This document shows, piece after piece, positions 26,039 to 35,657 of a stretch of DNA of 46,003 nt. This stretch comes from a virus. Lineage: Duplodnaviria; Caudoviricetes. The translations under genes were made by a program, and so were the position numbers. Positions within the stretch are counted from its first letter, which is position 1; every line of letters begins with the position of its first letter. Location of the stretch: positions 1-46,003 of the IMG/VR virus record IMGVR_UViG_3300012041_000029; one strand, written 5' to 3'. The notes under the pieces are model-generated. The model saw only the letters and a list, made by a program, of their open reading frames with translations. It was not told the DNA's origin and did not search any database.

Positions 26039-26314
26039 ATGAAAGGTACAGCACTAGATCACGGAAACCGGGCACTAATGTTGCTTGAGCGCGTGAAAAC
26101 ATTTAAGGCGGCGATGGTCTGTGATTCACCACACAATGATTGGACCATGCGCAAAGCTGGTTCGATTGCGATCCGCAATGAATGCACGTCATCGCAGATA
26201 TGCTACTCTGTTTGGGAGAGTGAGGAAATGCGCGGGCGGTATGAGGGGTTTAATGCCCTGGCCAATGCCTACAATACGGCAGCATTTTTCTACCATGATG
26301 AGGTCAATCGATAA
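26039..26314 (+). CDS. Hypothetical early protein
   Basis: SD TAAGGA before ATG 26039. Confidence 0.65.
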   Translation: MKGTALDHGNRALMLLERVKTFKAAMVCDSPHNDWTMRKAGSIAIRNECTSSQICYSVWESEEMRGRYEGFNALANAYNTAAFFYHDEVNR

Positions 26315-26325
26315 TTGACATTACG

Positions 26326-26354
26326 GGGGTTATTGGCATATAGCCGATAACCCC
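26326..26354. other. Intergenic 12-bp hairpin (processing, termination or stability element)
   Basis: GGGGTTATTGGC-ATATA-GCCGATAACCCC; no U-tract. Confidence 0.5.
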
Positions 26355-26382
26355 TATGATCCACATAATCATAGGAGACACT

Positions 26383-26691
26383 ATGGAATCGCACGAAATC
26401 GCTTTGTTGGCGGAAATTCTAGGTGATTGCCTGATCCTTGTATTTGCACTGATCGGAGCTGTATTCGGTTGGATGGCGTGGCGTCGAGTGCGGGAAGTAT
26501 CGGATGATCTATACGTCCTGCTGACCGTTCTGGAAAAGCGGGGGGACATCCCGAGTCGTGATGAAATCATCGCAGAAATGGGCAAGATCAATGTTGATCG
26601 GGCCAACGTGGTCGAATTACATCAACCGTTGCCAAAAAGGCGACGTTTAGGCGGGTTAGGTGGCCGGAAAAACCAAAATTCAGTGGGCTGA
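26383..26691 (+). CDS. Single-TM membrane protein
   Basis: SD AGGAG; LILVFALIGAVFGWMAW. Confidence 0.6.
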   Translation: MESHEIALLAEILGDCLILVFALIGAVFGWMAWRRVREVSDDLYVLLTVLEKRGDIPSRDEIIAEMGKINVDRANVVELHQPLPKRRRLGGLGGRKNQNSVG

Positions 26692-27523
26692 CGTATCATG
26701 GAACCCGACGACAGGGTGTGATAAAGTCTCGGCAGGCTGTAAGAATTGCTACGCTGGGACGTGGGCACAAAGGATGCTGTCTGACCATCCGTACTACAAA
26801 GACGGGTTTTTCGGGAACGTGCAAATGCACCCTGAAAAGCTGGACGAACCACGCAAATGGCGCGAGCCGAAAGTCGTGTTCGTGGACTCGATGTCCGATC
26901 TATTCCATGAAAAAATCAGCGATGAATTCATCTATCGGGTTTGGCGCATAATGGAATCCGTCAGTCGGCACACGTATATGGTGCTGACTAAACGTTCTGA
27001 ACGGATGCGAGAATTTCTCAGTCTCGTACTTCCCGCGATGAAACAGAACGATCCTGAGTGGGTCGAACATTTCGGGCACAACGGCATTGCTCCGCGAGGC
27101 AACATTTGGATAGGTGTTTCGGTTGAAAACGACGAGACGGCGCGTGTTCGCATAACACATTTACTGCAAACGGCTGGGGCGCGAAGATTCGTTTCGGCTG
27201 AACCGTTACTGGGACCGATTGACCTGACCCCGTATGTTCGGACAAATCCTTGGGTTCTTCCTGATTACGTCATCATCGGTGGTGAGTCGGGTCGGGGGGC
27301 GCGGGAAATGGAGGCAGAATGGGCTCGGTCGCTGATCCGTCAATGTCGTCAGTGGGGCATTACGGTTCATTTCAAGCAGTGGGGCGAATTCAAGGACGGG
27401 AAGCGGGTTGGGAAACAGCGGGCGGGTCATGAAATTGACGGCGAAATATTGCAACCATTGCCGTATTTGCCAGGGACATTCGGGGATGGTCAGTCTGAAC
27501 TATTTGGTGGGGGTTCGTTGTGA
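26660..27523 (+). CDS. Phage Gp37/Gp68 (DUF5131) family protein
   Basis: TKIQW..SWNPTTGCDKVSAGCKNCYA, FVDSMSDLFH, LTKRSERM, NIWIGVSVE, FVSAEPLLG, VIIGGESG, FKQWG. Confidence 0.92.
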   Translation: MAGKTKIQWADVSWNPTTGCDKVSAGCKNCYAGTWAQRMLSDHPYYKDGFFGNVQMHPEKLDEPRKWREPKVVFVDSMSDLFHEKISDEFIYRVWRIMESVSRHTYMVLTKRSERMREFLSLVLPAMKQNDPEWVEHFGHNGIAPRGNIWIGVSVENDETARVRITHLLQTAGARRFVSAEPLLGPIDLTPYVRTNPWVLPDYVIIGGESGRGAREMEAEWARSLIRQCRQWGITVHFKQWGEFKDGKRVGKQRAGHEIDGEILQPLPYLPGTFGDGQSELFGGGSL

Positions 27524-28011
27524 TCGGCATCAGATTTAAGAGTTGGGGCAAGTGGGACACATTGACAGCAGAAGAATACACGGCGCTGCGAACGAGATTC
27601 CCGTCTTTAGAGGCTGAAAAACCAAGATATGTACATGGTACATTCTATGCGGATTATGATGATCTGAGATTTATCGCTGATTTTGGGTTAGAGGTTGATA
27701 TTCAGGCATTGCCTGAGAATATGCTAGTGCGGTTGACAGATCGCGTGAAAGCATTGGAGGCAAGAACTCAGGATTCTGCGGGGCTGATTCAGAAAATTGT
27801 GGATGGTGCAGCGGTTGTTATCCATGTTCCGAATAACGTGCTGTCATTCATTGACGAAGTGACATACCTGGAAGATTCATGCACGAACGTTTTGCAAGAC
27901 CACTTAGATCAGGGGTGGCGGATGTTGGCGGTATGCCCGCCGAATGCACAGCGTAGACCAGATTACATTTTAGGGCGTCGGAAAGCGGATTACCCAGACG
28001 CCGAACGTTAG
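27520..28011 (+). CDS. Hypothetical phage protein
   Basis: GTGA coupling; CT..LQ..L..GWR.LAVCP..QRRPDYILG. Confidence 0.6.
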   Translation: MIGIRFKSWGKWDTLTAEEYTALRTRFPSLEAEKPRYVHGTFYADYDDLRFIADFGLEVDIQALPENMLVRLTDRVKALEARTQDSAGLIQKIVDGAAVVIHVPNNVLSFIDEVTYLEDSCTNVLQDHLDQGWRMLAVCPPNAQRRPDYILGRRKADYPDAER

Positions 28012-28042
28012 AAACTACCCTATTTTATCGGTGGAAGGCACT

Positions 28043-30043
28043 ATGAACGACACACAAAACACGGACGCTGACGATTCATCTCCAACGATAAGCGACGGGG
28101 TGGCACTGTACAAAGTCGGGGACATCGCGCATGGGGTTTCCGCATACCTGTTCGAGGAATTTGCGGAACTAGAAAAGGCTGATTCAGATCGCGAGAAATC
28201 GCGCCGATTGCCAGGGTATGGGGACGATCCGTTTCGAGCTGACTACAAATTAACCGCTGATCAGCGCGTACTCGAACCGACAAACAACCCCCGCTTGTTG
28301 TGCTATCTATTGGAACTGAATTCGACGTTGACACAATGCGTTGACGCGATGGCGACGAATATCGAGGCGTTTGGCTATGACCTGATTGAAACGGTCGAAG
28401 CGGTTGAAGAAAGGATGCAATTAGAGGAAGATATTCGATTGGAAGCGCGTCGAATTCGGCTGTTCTTCGACTATGCCTCGGCTGAACATAGCTGGGCGCA
28501 ACTGCGGAAGAAAAAGCGGAAGGATCAGGAAACGACAGGGAACGCCTATTGGGAGGTTGTCCGAAACGTTGACGGTTCAATCGGGGGGTTTGAACATTTG
28601 CCGGTCGTGACTATGCGCATGACTCCACAAGACACGGAATATGTCGATTCAGTGATTCGAATGCCGTCGCTTGAGGAAAACTACACATACGAAGACCGTG
28701 TTTTCCCACGTCGGTTCCGTCGGTTTGTTCAGATCATCGAAACGACAGGCGGCAAGCACAAAATATGGTTCAAGGAATACGGCGACCCGCGCACTATGGA
28801 CTCACGGACAGGGCAATTTGTTGACGAACCGGCCACAGGTGGGTCAGCACCTGCTGAAATGCCTATGCAAACAGCACGGCGTCGGAATAATGCTCGAGAT
28901 AAGGGAAAGAATGGGAATCAGGGGACCACGGAAGTTGTCACGCAAGGTGAATTTATCGCGGCGTCCGAGGTCATTCATTTCCGAATTGACGACCCTGATT
29001 CAGAGTACGGCGTACCACGTTGGATGGGCGCGATGCTGGCCGTGTTGGGGGGTCGTGATGCTGACGAAACGAACGCGAATTTCTTCGCTAATGGCGCAAT
29101 GTGGGATTACGCGGTAATGATTTCAGGCGGACACATTTCGGACGAAACAGTCCGGGAAATTCGTGATCTTGTCAAAAAGAAACGTGGAAAGGACCACGCG
29201 CACAAAGTTCTCGTGATTCAGGTTGAATCGGCGGCGTCAGGTAACGTATTTCAGCAACAAGCCGACAAGTCGAAGGTAGAACTCGTGCCGCTGAACCATC
29301 GCGAAGATATGATGTTTGCGGAATACCAAAAATGGTGTGTGGATCGTATCGGTGAGGCGTTCCGCCTGCCGCCTATGTTTTTCGGACGAATGAAGGACTA
29401 CACACACGCCAACGCTGAAACTAGCAAGCGCGTTGCGGAAGAACAGGTGTTCGGGCCGGAACGGTCTGAATTTGACGAGTTCATTAACCGCTTCATTATG
29501 CCTGAAATGGGTGTGCGTTATCACCAATTCAGGTCTCGCGGCCCAACCATTTCGCGTGCCGAGGAAATGGAAAGAATTATGAAAACTTTCGGTCCGTATG
29601 TCACGGGGCGCGAAGCACGTCTGCTGTTCGCTCAGTTGACCGACATCCGTCTGGATGACGTGGACGAGAACGATCAGGTGGATCAGATTTGGCTATGGTA
29701 TCCGGCTCCAGTTGCTCAAGCAATGATCACGTTGATGCGGTCAATGAAACAGGTTCCGGGGTCGTATCCTACTGACGACTATGAGGTTGCGCCACCACCG
29801 CCCGTGACGCCAGAGGCGGACGAATCTAAACCGCCCGCCAAACCGCCAGAAAACGATGACCCGACAGAACCACCAGACTTAGGTGATGGGGAACCGCAAA
29901 AGAAGGGGGGTTTATCCGTTCTGAAACATCCGGCATTGCGTGACGTTTCGCGGTTCATGCAAATCGCGGGGCACGTTCACGAAATGGACCGCCTTCACAG
30001 GAAATTGGCAGATCTTGCCAAAAGGGAACTCGTAAAGCAATGA
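28043..30043 (+). CDS. Portal protein (PBSX-like)
   Basis: DQETTGNAYWEVVRN, FKEYGDPR, EVIHF, YGVPRW, NANFFANG, AFRLPPMFFG, FGPER; first gene of the head module. Confidence 0.9.
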   Translation: MNDTQNTDADDSSPTISDGVALYKVGDIAHGVSAYLFEEFAELEKADSDREKSRRLPGYGDDPFRADYKLTADQRVLEPTNNPRLLCYLLELNSTLTQCVDAMATNIEAFGYDLIETVEAVEERMQLEEDIRLEARRIRLFFDYASAEHSWAQLRKKKRKDQETTGNAYWEVVRNVDGSIGGFEHLPVVTMRMTPQDTEYVDSVIRMPSLEENYTYEDRVFPRRFRRFVQIIETTGGKHKIWFKEYGDPRTMDSRTGQFVDEPATGGSAPAEMPMQTARRRNNARDKGKNGNQGTTEVVTQGEFIAASEVIHFRIDDPDSEYGVPRWMGAMLAVLGGRDADETNANFFANGAMWDYAVMISGGHISDETVREIRDLVKKKRGKDHAHKVLVIQVESAASGNVFQQQADKSKVELVPLNHREDMMFAEYQKWCVDRIGEAFRLPPMFFGRMKDYTHANAETSKRVAEEQVFGPERSEFDEFINRFIMPEMGVRYHQFRSRGPTISRAEEMERIMKTFGPYVTGREARLLFAQLTDIRLDDVDENDQVDQIWLWYPAPVAQAMITLMRSMKQVPGSYPTDDYEVAPPPPVTPEADESKPPAKPPENDDPTEPPDLGDGEPQKKGGLSVLKHPALRDVSRFMQIAGHVHEMDRLHRKLADLAKRELVKQ

Positions 30044-30483
30044 TCGCACGCCGGGTACTGATTGACAATGAAGGGATCGCAGCACGCTACAAACAGCGAT
30101 TCGCTTATTGCGAGGCGTGCGCTATCCTGAATGCGACTTATCCGGTTAATGAGAATTTGGAACTGCACCACATTTTTGGCGGGGCTGATCGTACTGACGA
30201 AACGTGGAATTTTATCACGCTTTGTCACGAACACCATGCACGGGCAACAACCCATAACATCAGGTTTGGATCTGACTCGTGGAAATACAATTTGAACTAT
30301 TTGGCGATCAAATTGGTCAAGCGGGAATTACCACCGCACGCATTGTCGGCAATGGATTTGCGGTTGGGGAAGTACGCGAATGCTGACGATCTGTGGAATG
30401 CAATTGTCTCACGCAGCAACGCAATAGCGCAGAGTGACGGTTATCGGCGCGGTTTGGTACTTGGTTGGTTTTCGTGGGCGTAA
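30040..30483 (+). CDS. HNH endonuclease
   Basis: CEAC...LELHHIFGG...NFITLCHEHH. Confidence 0.8.
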   Translation: MIARRVLIDNEGIAARYKQRFAYCEACAILNATYPVNENLELHHIFGGADRTDETWNFITLCHEHHARATTHNIRFGSDSWKYNLNYLAIKLVKRELPPHALSAMDLRLGKYANADDLWNAIVSRSNAIAQSDGYRRGLVLGWFSWA

Positions 30484-33326
30484 TTGAAACGACTCACCTG
30501 TTAGGTCATTACCTGGAACGTATGCACAAGGCGGAACCAGACCCGGTTGAAGCCGAGGGGTTGGATGATACAGTTGAGCGAATGGATAAGGGGATAACGG
30601 GGGTTATCGCGGGGCAATTGGATATTCTGACCGAAATGCGTCGCCTAATTACGTCCGTATCTAATGGACAGGCGAATCAACCTGAACGTGCCCGAACATC
30701 TAAACGTTTGCGCGGGATGGTGGCCGAATATGCGGACGCTATCATTCCCAAAATTGGCGGTGTGCTGAAAACACAGACCCGGGCATACGTCAATCGAATC
30801 CATGCATCCGAAGCACGCAAATTCCGCTTGCCGAAGATTACGTCATCGGCACGGGTTGATATGCTGGTTGAATCAATCAACCGTTTCGACGAGGAATTTC
30901 TGCGGCGCTATTATGCCGATGTTGAGGCACGTATCACGGCAACGTTCGAGGCCGGGGGCACGTATGACGAATGGGCGGGCGTCGAAAAGCAAGCCGGGTT
31001 GCTTTCAGCGGATCAAATCTCTGATCTGATTCTGGCCGATTACGGGGTGTACGTCGAAAAGGCGACACCCAAGGGATACAAAAGTGGCGCTGATCTCGGT
31101 AAGGGAATTGTGGCGGAGGATTATTTAGGCGTCACGTCTGACGCGATTGCCGGGAATGCGCGGAGTGTTGGATCGACATCGGCGTGGGCGTCGGTGGGAA
31201 TTGCACAGTTGAAAGTGAAGGCTGTCATTGACGGGCGAACGACGCAGATCTGTCGGGGTTTGGACGGGACGATCATTTCAACTGAAACAGTTTTGGATCA
31301 CTACACAAACGTTCTGGACACGAAAACACCTGATCAGTACCTCGCGAAAAATGCATGGCCGTCATACAACAAATCGCACGGGTTACACGTCTGGCATAAC
31401 GGACAGCGAATTTCAATCCCGCCCGGGACGTCATCTAATCGTATGTCCGCGCTCGGGGTTGGCTTGCCTCCTTATCACGGGAGGTGTCGATCAACAACCG
31501 AGGTGGACTATTCGGGCGGATTGCAAACGGTGGGCGGGGTTGAACCGACGGGACCGACGATACCACCGGAGTTAGACAAAGCATTACAACGCGGATTAAC
31601 AACGCGCAGCTCGACACTGACGGCGACTGATGTTGAGGCACAATTGGCAACCATGAAAACCGCACACGGCAAGATCGTTGCTGCTGACGAGGGGGGGTTG
31701 GTCGCTGATTTAGGTGATGATTTGTCGGATGCCAATTTGGACCGCTATTTGACTCAGGAAGGTGCTGATCCGGGGCGTTATGCAATCATGCAAAACTCGA
31801 TTGGTGGGGAAATGGTCGGGCGGAAGGAATTGGAGCGGTTGCTGCGGACTAATGTGGATCAGATCCGCGTAACAGGTTCGGATGCGACCCCTTTGAAAGG
31901 GGTCACGGATCAAACGCGGTATATGTCCCGGGTCCGCAGTACGAATCGGCGTGAACAGGCCAATATGAAGGACGTGTTGGCAGACTATGACAAGTACTAC
32001 CTGGACGAATTGGTCAATGCACAGGCGAAATTGGCCGATAAAATGGGTGTCGAGATTGACAAATTGCCCGCCAATGCTATCAGAACAGCACAATTCCAGG
32101 CGAATTCGGCGGCAATGAAAAAGGTCGGTCACAAATACCAGCGCTATTTGTCATACGACGAGAATGCGCTACCTGATGGCAAAGTGATCGCACCGCCTGA
32201 TATGTCGATTGTGGATATTCCGGTGCCTAAGCCGGTGGTTGCGCCGAAGAAACCGGCTGTGCCGAAACCCGCTAAACCGAAGGCACCGAAGAAACCAGTT
32301 GAACCTGTGCCTAAGCCGACAGGGGATACAGCACCATTACTTAGCGGTGATATTGCCGTGACTAACAAAATGAACGGCATGAAAATGAGTGTGGAAGGGA
32401 AAAAGGCGATTGATAATATTGTGGATACAGCAAGCAAAGTTGATGACGTATTGGACAACAAACGGACTGTTAGTCATGGGCGCGGGTTGTTGGAGAAGAT
32501 TTATGGCGACCTGCCGAAAAATTCACCCATGCGTAATTCTGTTGTTTTGTCACAGTCAATGCAAGTTATCGGGCGTGGTCCGCATTATTCCAATATGCTG
32601 ATCGAGGGGGAACATCTCAAGGAACGACTTAACGCAACATCGGGATGGCAATCGGCTTCGACAATGGAGGGTAAGGCGTTACGCGGGGCTGTTGTCAGGA
32701 ATAAATTGAAAATGTCAAAGCTGGCACAAAATGAATTTCGGGAGCATTCGGCACAGGGCGACGATATGTCGGATGAGGCATTTTATGAGGAAGTGGCGGC
32801 AGCGCGTGTTGTGTTAAAGAATCTGTTCAAGGATGGGAAGAAATTCCGCGTTTATCGGGGGTTAGCGATCCGATCCGCTGACGATGCCAGCGATTTGAGC
32901 AAGGGAAATTTGAAAATCAACGATTACGAGGCGAATTCGTGGACGTTCGATGCTGATATGGCTCTGAAATTTGCGGAACGTGAAAACGTACATGGTGGTG
33001 TCGTGCTATTCCGTGACATCGGGGAGGAAGATTTGGACGAAGTGATCACAAGCTTTCTATCCTGGGGCAAAGGTAAGTATCAGGAAGAGGCTGAAATTGT
33101 GTTAATGGGACGTACAAAGGAGTACACTGTGGGAAAAGATATGATTCCACTCAAACGGAAATCAGGAGAACCTGACTTGGAGGCGATGAAAAGTCGCCTT
33201 GAAAAGGCTGACGTGTCAGCGAAGCCAAAAACGATGATGTTGGGTGTTGGGATCGGCGGGCAAAACGCCGATGACCGACGACAGGTTGAATATCAGGTTG
33301 AATACATCCCGCATAAGACGAAATAA
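30465..33326 (+). CDS. MuF/SPP1 gp7-like minor head protein with a long C-terminal extension ending in an ART-like domain
   Basis: DGRTTQICRGLDG and PPYHGRCRS (MuF); Pro/Lys linker; VYRG...SWT..D...A..FA...EAE pattern. Start uncertain. Confidence 0.8.
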   Translation: MVFVGVIETTHLLGHYLERMHKAEPDPVEAEGLDDTVERMDKGITGVIAGQLDILTEMRRLITSVSNGQANQPERARTSKRLRGMVAEYADAIIPKIGGVLKTQTRAYVNRIHASEARKFRLPKITSSARVDMLVESINRFDEEFLRRYYADVEARITATFEAGGTYDEWAGVEKQAGLLSADQISDLILADYGVYVEKATPKGYKSGADLGKGIVAEDYLGVTSDAIAGNARSVGSTSAWASVGIAQLKVKAVIDGRTTQICRGLDGTIISTETVLDHYTNVLDTKTPDQYLAKNAWPSYNKSHGLHVWHNGQRISIPPGTSSNRMSALGVGLPPYHGRCRSTTEVDYSGGLQTVGGVEPTGPTIPPELDKALQRGLTTRSSTLTATDVEAQLATMKTAHGKIVAADEGGLVADLGDDLSDANLDRYLTQEGADPGRYAIMQNSIGGEMVGRKELERLLRTNVDQIRVTGSDATPLKGVTDQTRYMSRVRSTNRREQANMKDVLADYDKYYLDELVNAQAKLADKMGVEIDKLPANAIRTAQFQANSAAMKKVGHKYQRYLSYDENALPDGKVIAPPDMSIVDIPVPKPVVAPKKPAVPKPAKPKAPKKPVEPVPKPTGDTAPLLSGDIAVTNKMNGMKMSVEGKKAIDNIVDTASKVDDVLDNKRTVSHGRGLLEKIYGDLPKNSPMRNSVVLSQSMQVIGRGPHYSNMLIEGEHLKERLNATSGWQSASTMEGKALRGAVVRNKLKMSKLAQNEFREHSAQGDDMSDEAFYEEVAAARVVLKNLFKDGKKFRVYRGLAIRSADDASDLSKGNLKINDYEANSWTFDADMALKFAERENVHGGVVLFRDIGEEDLDEVITSFLSWGKGKYQEEAEIVLMGRTKEYTVGKDMIPLKRKSGEPDLEAMKSRLEKADVSAKPKTMMLGVGIGGQNADDRRQVEYQVEYIPHKTK

Positions 33327-33394
33327 GCACACACGCCGTGATTATGTCCGTTCTGTGAACCCGTTGGTACATTACTAACGCGGAGACAGACACG

Positions 33395-34840
33395 ATGCCC
33401 GATTACAATTCAAAAGATTTCATTCATAATGATAAGTGGTTGCTGAACGAACCGAAATGGTCGGAAGTCGAGAAGGACAAACTCCCGCCGATTGCCTATG
33501 CAACCGTTTCCGAATGGAAGGATCACTACACAGGGAAAATGGTGTGCGATTACCGGATGCCACATCATTGGGTGCGCGGCGGGACAGAAATACTGGATTC
33601 AAAAGGCCATTATTGCGACGGGGATCTGTATTTGCACAGAACCGGATTGATTGTTTCGTGGGCCAATCTCCTGACAATGCTGCGCTCTGATGTCTATGTG
33701 CCCAATGAGATGTTGATGCACATCAACGAGCATCGCCTGACTTTGTTGGCGGATGATCCTGAATACCGCAAATTCGAATCCGATATGCTGACGAACATGG
33801 GGATCGACGCAACCATTGTGACAGAGGTTGAGGAAACGATTACCAAATTGAGCGGCGGGCACGCAGTAGCCGTGGCTGTTGGGAAACGTGTTGGACACGC
33901 GAAGACAATATTCGACCCGGCCAAACGCCAAATGGGATCGGTTGCTAAGGCATTGGTTCACAACAACACAGTTGACGCGGCGGAACCATCCTGGGGCGAC
34001 GTGGTCAAAACAGAACTCCCGGCGTTGGCGTTTGCTTATGTAGAAGACAAGGACAAAGTTTCCACATGGAAACTCCCGCATCACTGGGTTGAAAGCGGTT
34101 CAGACGCGGACGATAAGGGGCGGTTCACTGACGGCGATATGTACCTACATCGGGGTGGGGTTGCTGCGGCGTGGGCGGCGATTCAGGGGGCGCGGTCAGG
34201 CCAGCCAATGGACATACCGCAGGACGCCATTGACCATATTCAGGCACATCGCGAAGCGCTGGGAATGGCTGACAAATCATACATTGAATTTGAGAAACAG
34301 GCGTTGAAAAACGCCGGATTGACAGACGCGCAGATTGAGGACGTTCACAAATCACATCCAATCAGCACGCAATCTGTATCGAAGGACGCGCAACCATTCA
34401 ACCTAAGCATTCCGCTGGTCAAAGCAGACACGATGTCGCGGATCGTTTACGGCGTGGTGTATCGACCGGACGAAATTGATCTTCAAGGTCATTTCATGAC
34501 CGCCGAGGAAGTTGAGAAAATGGCTCATCAGTTTATGGTCAATGTTCAACTGGCACAGGCCGGAATTGACTATATGCATAACTCGGTCAACGGATCAGGG
34601 ATGATCGTTGAGTCATTTTTGGCCCGCGAAGACAATAACGAAGAAGGCAAGCTGTTGTGGAAGAAGGGCGATTGGGTTTTGGGTGTTAAAGTTGTTGACA
34701 TGGATCTCTGGACGAAAATCGCGGCGGGGAAAATTCGGGCATTTAGTTTAGCGGGGCACGCGGAATTTGGCAAAACAGTGAACGGGAAACCGGGTGACGT
34801 ACTACCTGTTACCGGCGGATTGCCAGGGAAGATTTACTAA
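33395..34840 (+). CDS. XkdF-like prohead serine protease with a duplicated N-terminal domain
   Basis: RIVYGVVY.P...D.QG...EVEKMAHQFM, IDYMH, IVESF, KGDWVLGVKV, LW.KI..G.I.AFSL.G. Confidence 0.85.
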   Translation: MPDYNSKDFIHNDKWLLNEPKWSEVEKDKLPPIAYATVSEWKDHYTGKMVCDYRMPHHWVRGGTEILDSKGHYCDGDLYLHRTGLIVSWANLLTMLRSDVYVPNEMLMHINEHRLTLLADDPEYRKFESDMLTNMGIDATIVTEVEETITKLSGGHAVAVAVGKRVGHAKTIFDPAKRQMGSVAKALVHNNTVDAAEPSWGDVVKTELPALAFAYVEDKDKVSTWKLPHHWVESGSDADDKGRFTDGDMYLHRGGVAAAWAAIQGARSGQPMDIPQDAIDHIQAHREALGMADKSYIEFEKQALKNAGLTDAQIEDVHKSHPISTQSVSKDAQPFNLSIPLVKADTMSRIVYGVVYRPDEIDLQGHFMTAEEVEKMAHQFMVNVQLAQAGIDYMHNSVNGSGMIVESFLAREDNNEEGKLLWKKGDWVLGVKVVDMDLWTKIAAGKIRAFSLAGHAEFGKTVNGKPGDVLPVTGGLPGKIY

Positions 34841-34889
34841 AAGCAACCCGGCTTGCAAAATACGCTTACTATTAATCACGGAGAACGAC

Positions 34890-35657
34890 ATGGCAGGCAT
34901 TCACGGCTTCCTAGTTAACTACGCAACATCAGTCACGGTTCAGAATTTCAATTCAATTCGCATGGAACTGGACAGGATCAACGCATCCAAATATGGTGAT
35001 GCGGGGAATGAAGAAGCGTTCCTGGAATATCTCGAACGCCTGTTGATCAATACCGAAGACATTACCGCGCTTGCGGTCGGTACTGAATTGTCGTTTGCTC
35101 ATGACACGGGGTTGGATAAGTTCACGGTGACATTTCAGGCATTGAAGTCGCGTGAACAGCGCATGGCATTTTTGCAAATCGTCAGGTTCCTGGGACAACA
35201 ACAATCAGACGATTCGACCATTGTGGCGGCTGCGGCGCGTCAGACCATCAATCTGGTTGCACCGGCGTTGGACAAATTGGTTTACAAAACCCCGGCGTCA
35301 GTTGGCGTGCTTCAATCCGGGAACAACATTGATCTGGTATTCTTCCCGATCAGTATCGCTAATGGCGGCACCGAGGATTATCCTGACGGGGCGACCGGGC
35401 TGGATGTTTACGAGCAAATGGTTCGAGAATTTCTGTATTTCCACACAGCCGGTGGGATCAACCTAGGGACATTCGCGTCATCAGGTTGGATTACGGGGGC
35501 GTTCGATACTCCGATCTCGCCGACAGAATACAAAATCACGTTTGCGGCGGATACAACAGAACGACGCAACCTGACGTATCAAATCGCGGGGTTAGCGGAA
35601 GCCGGGATTCACAACACCTACAAACAATTACGCGCTGCCGGAGTAGCACTCGTATGA
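34890..35657 (+). CDS. Hypothetical virion-module protein
   Basis: SD GGAG; lies between the protease and the scaffold. Confidence 0.65.
   Translation: MAGIHGFLVNYATSVTVQNFNSIRMELDRINASKYGDAGNEEAFLEYLERLLINTEDITALAVGTELSFAHDTGLDKFTVTFQALKSREQRMAFLQIVRFLGQQQSDDSTIVAAAARQTINLVAPALDKLVYKTPASVGVLQSGNNIDLVFFPISIANGGTEDYPDGATGLDVYEQMVREFLYFHTAGGINLGTFASSGWITGAFDTPISPTEYKITFAADTTERRNLTYQIAGLAEAGIHNTYKQLRAAGVALV

Noticed and set aside
26315-26343. Eighth promoter copy at TTGACA 26315
   Set aside because: No TATTAT/TGTACA at the right spacing; the downstream sequence is a hairpin instead.
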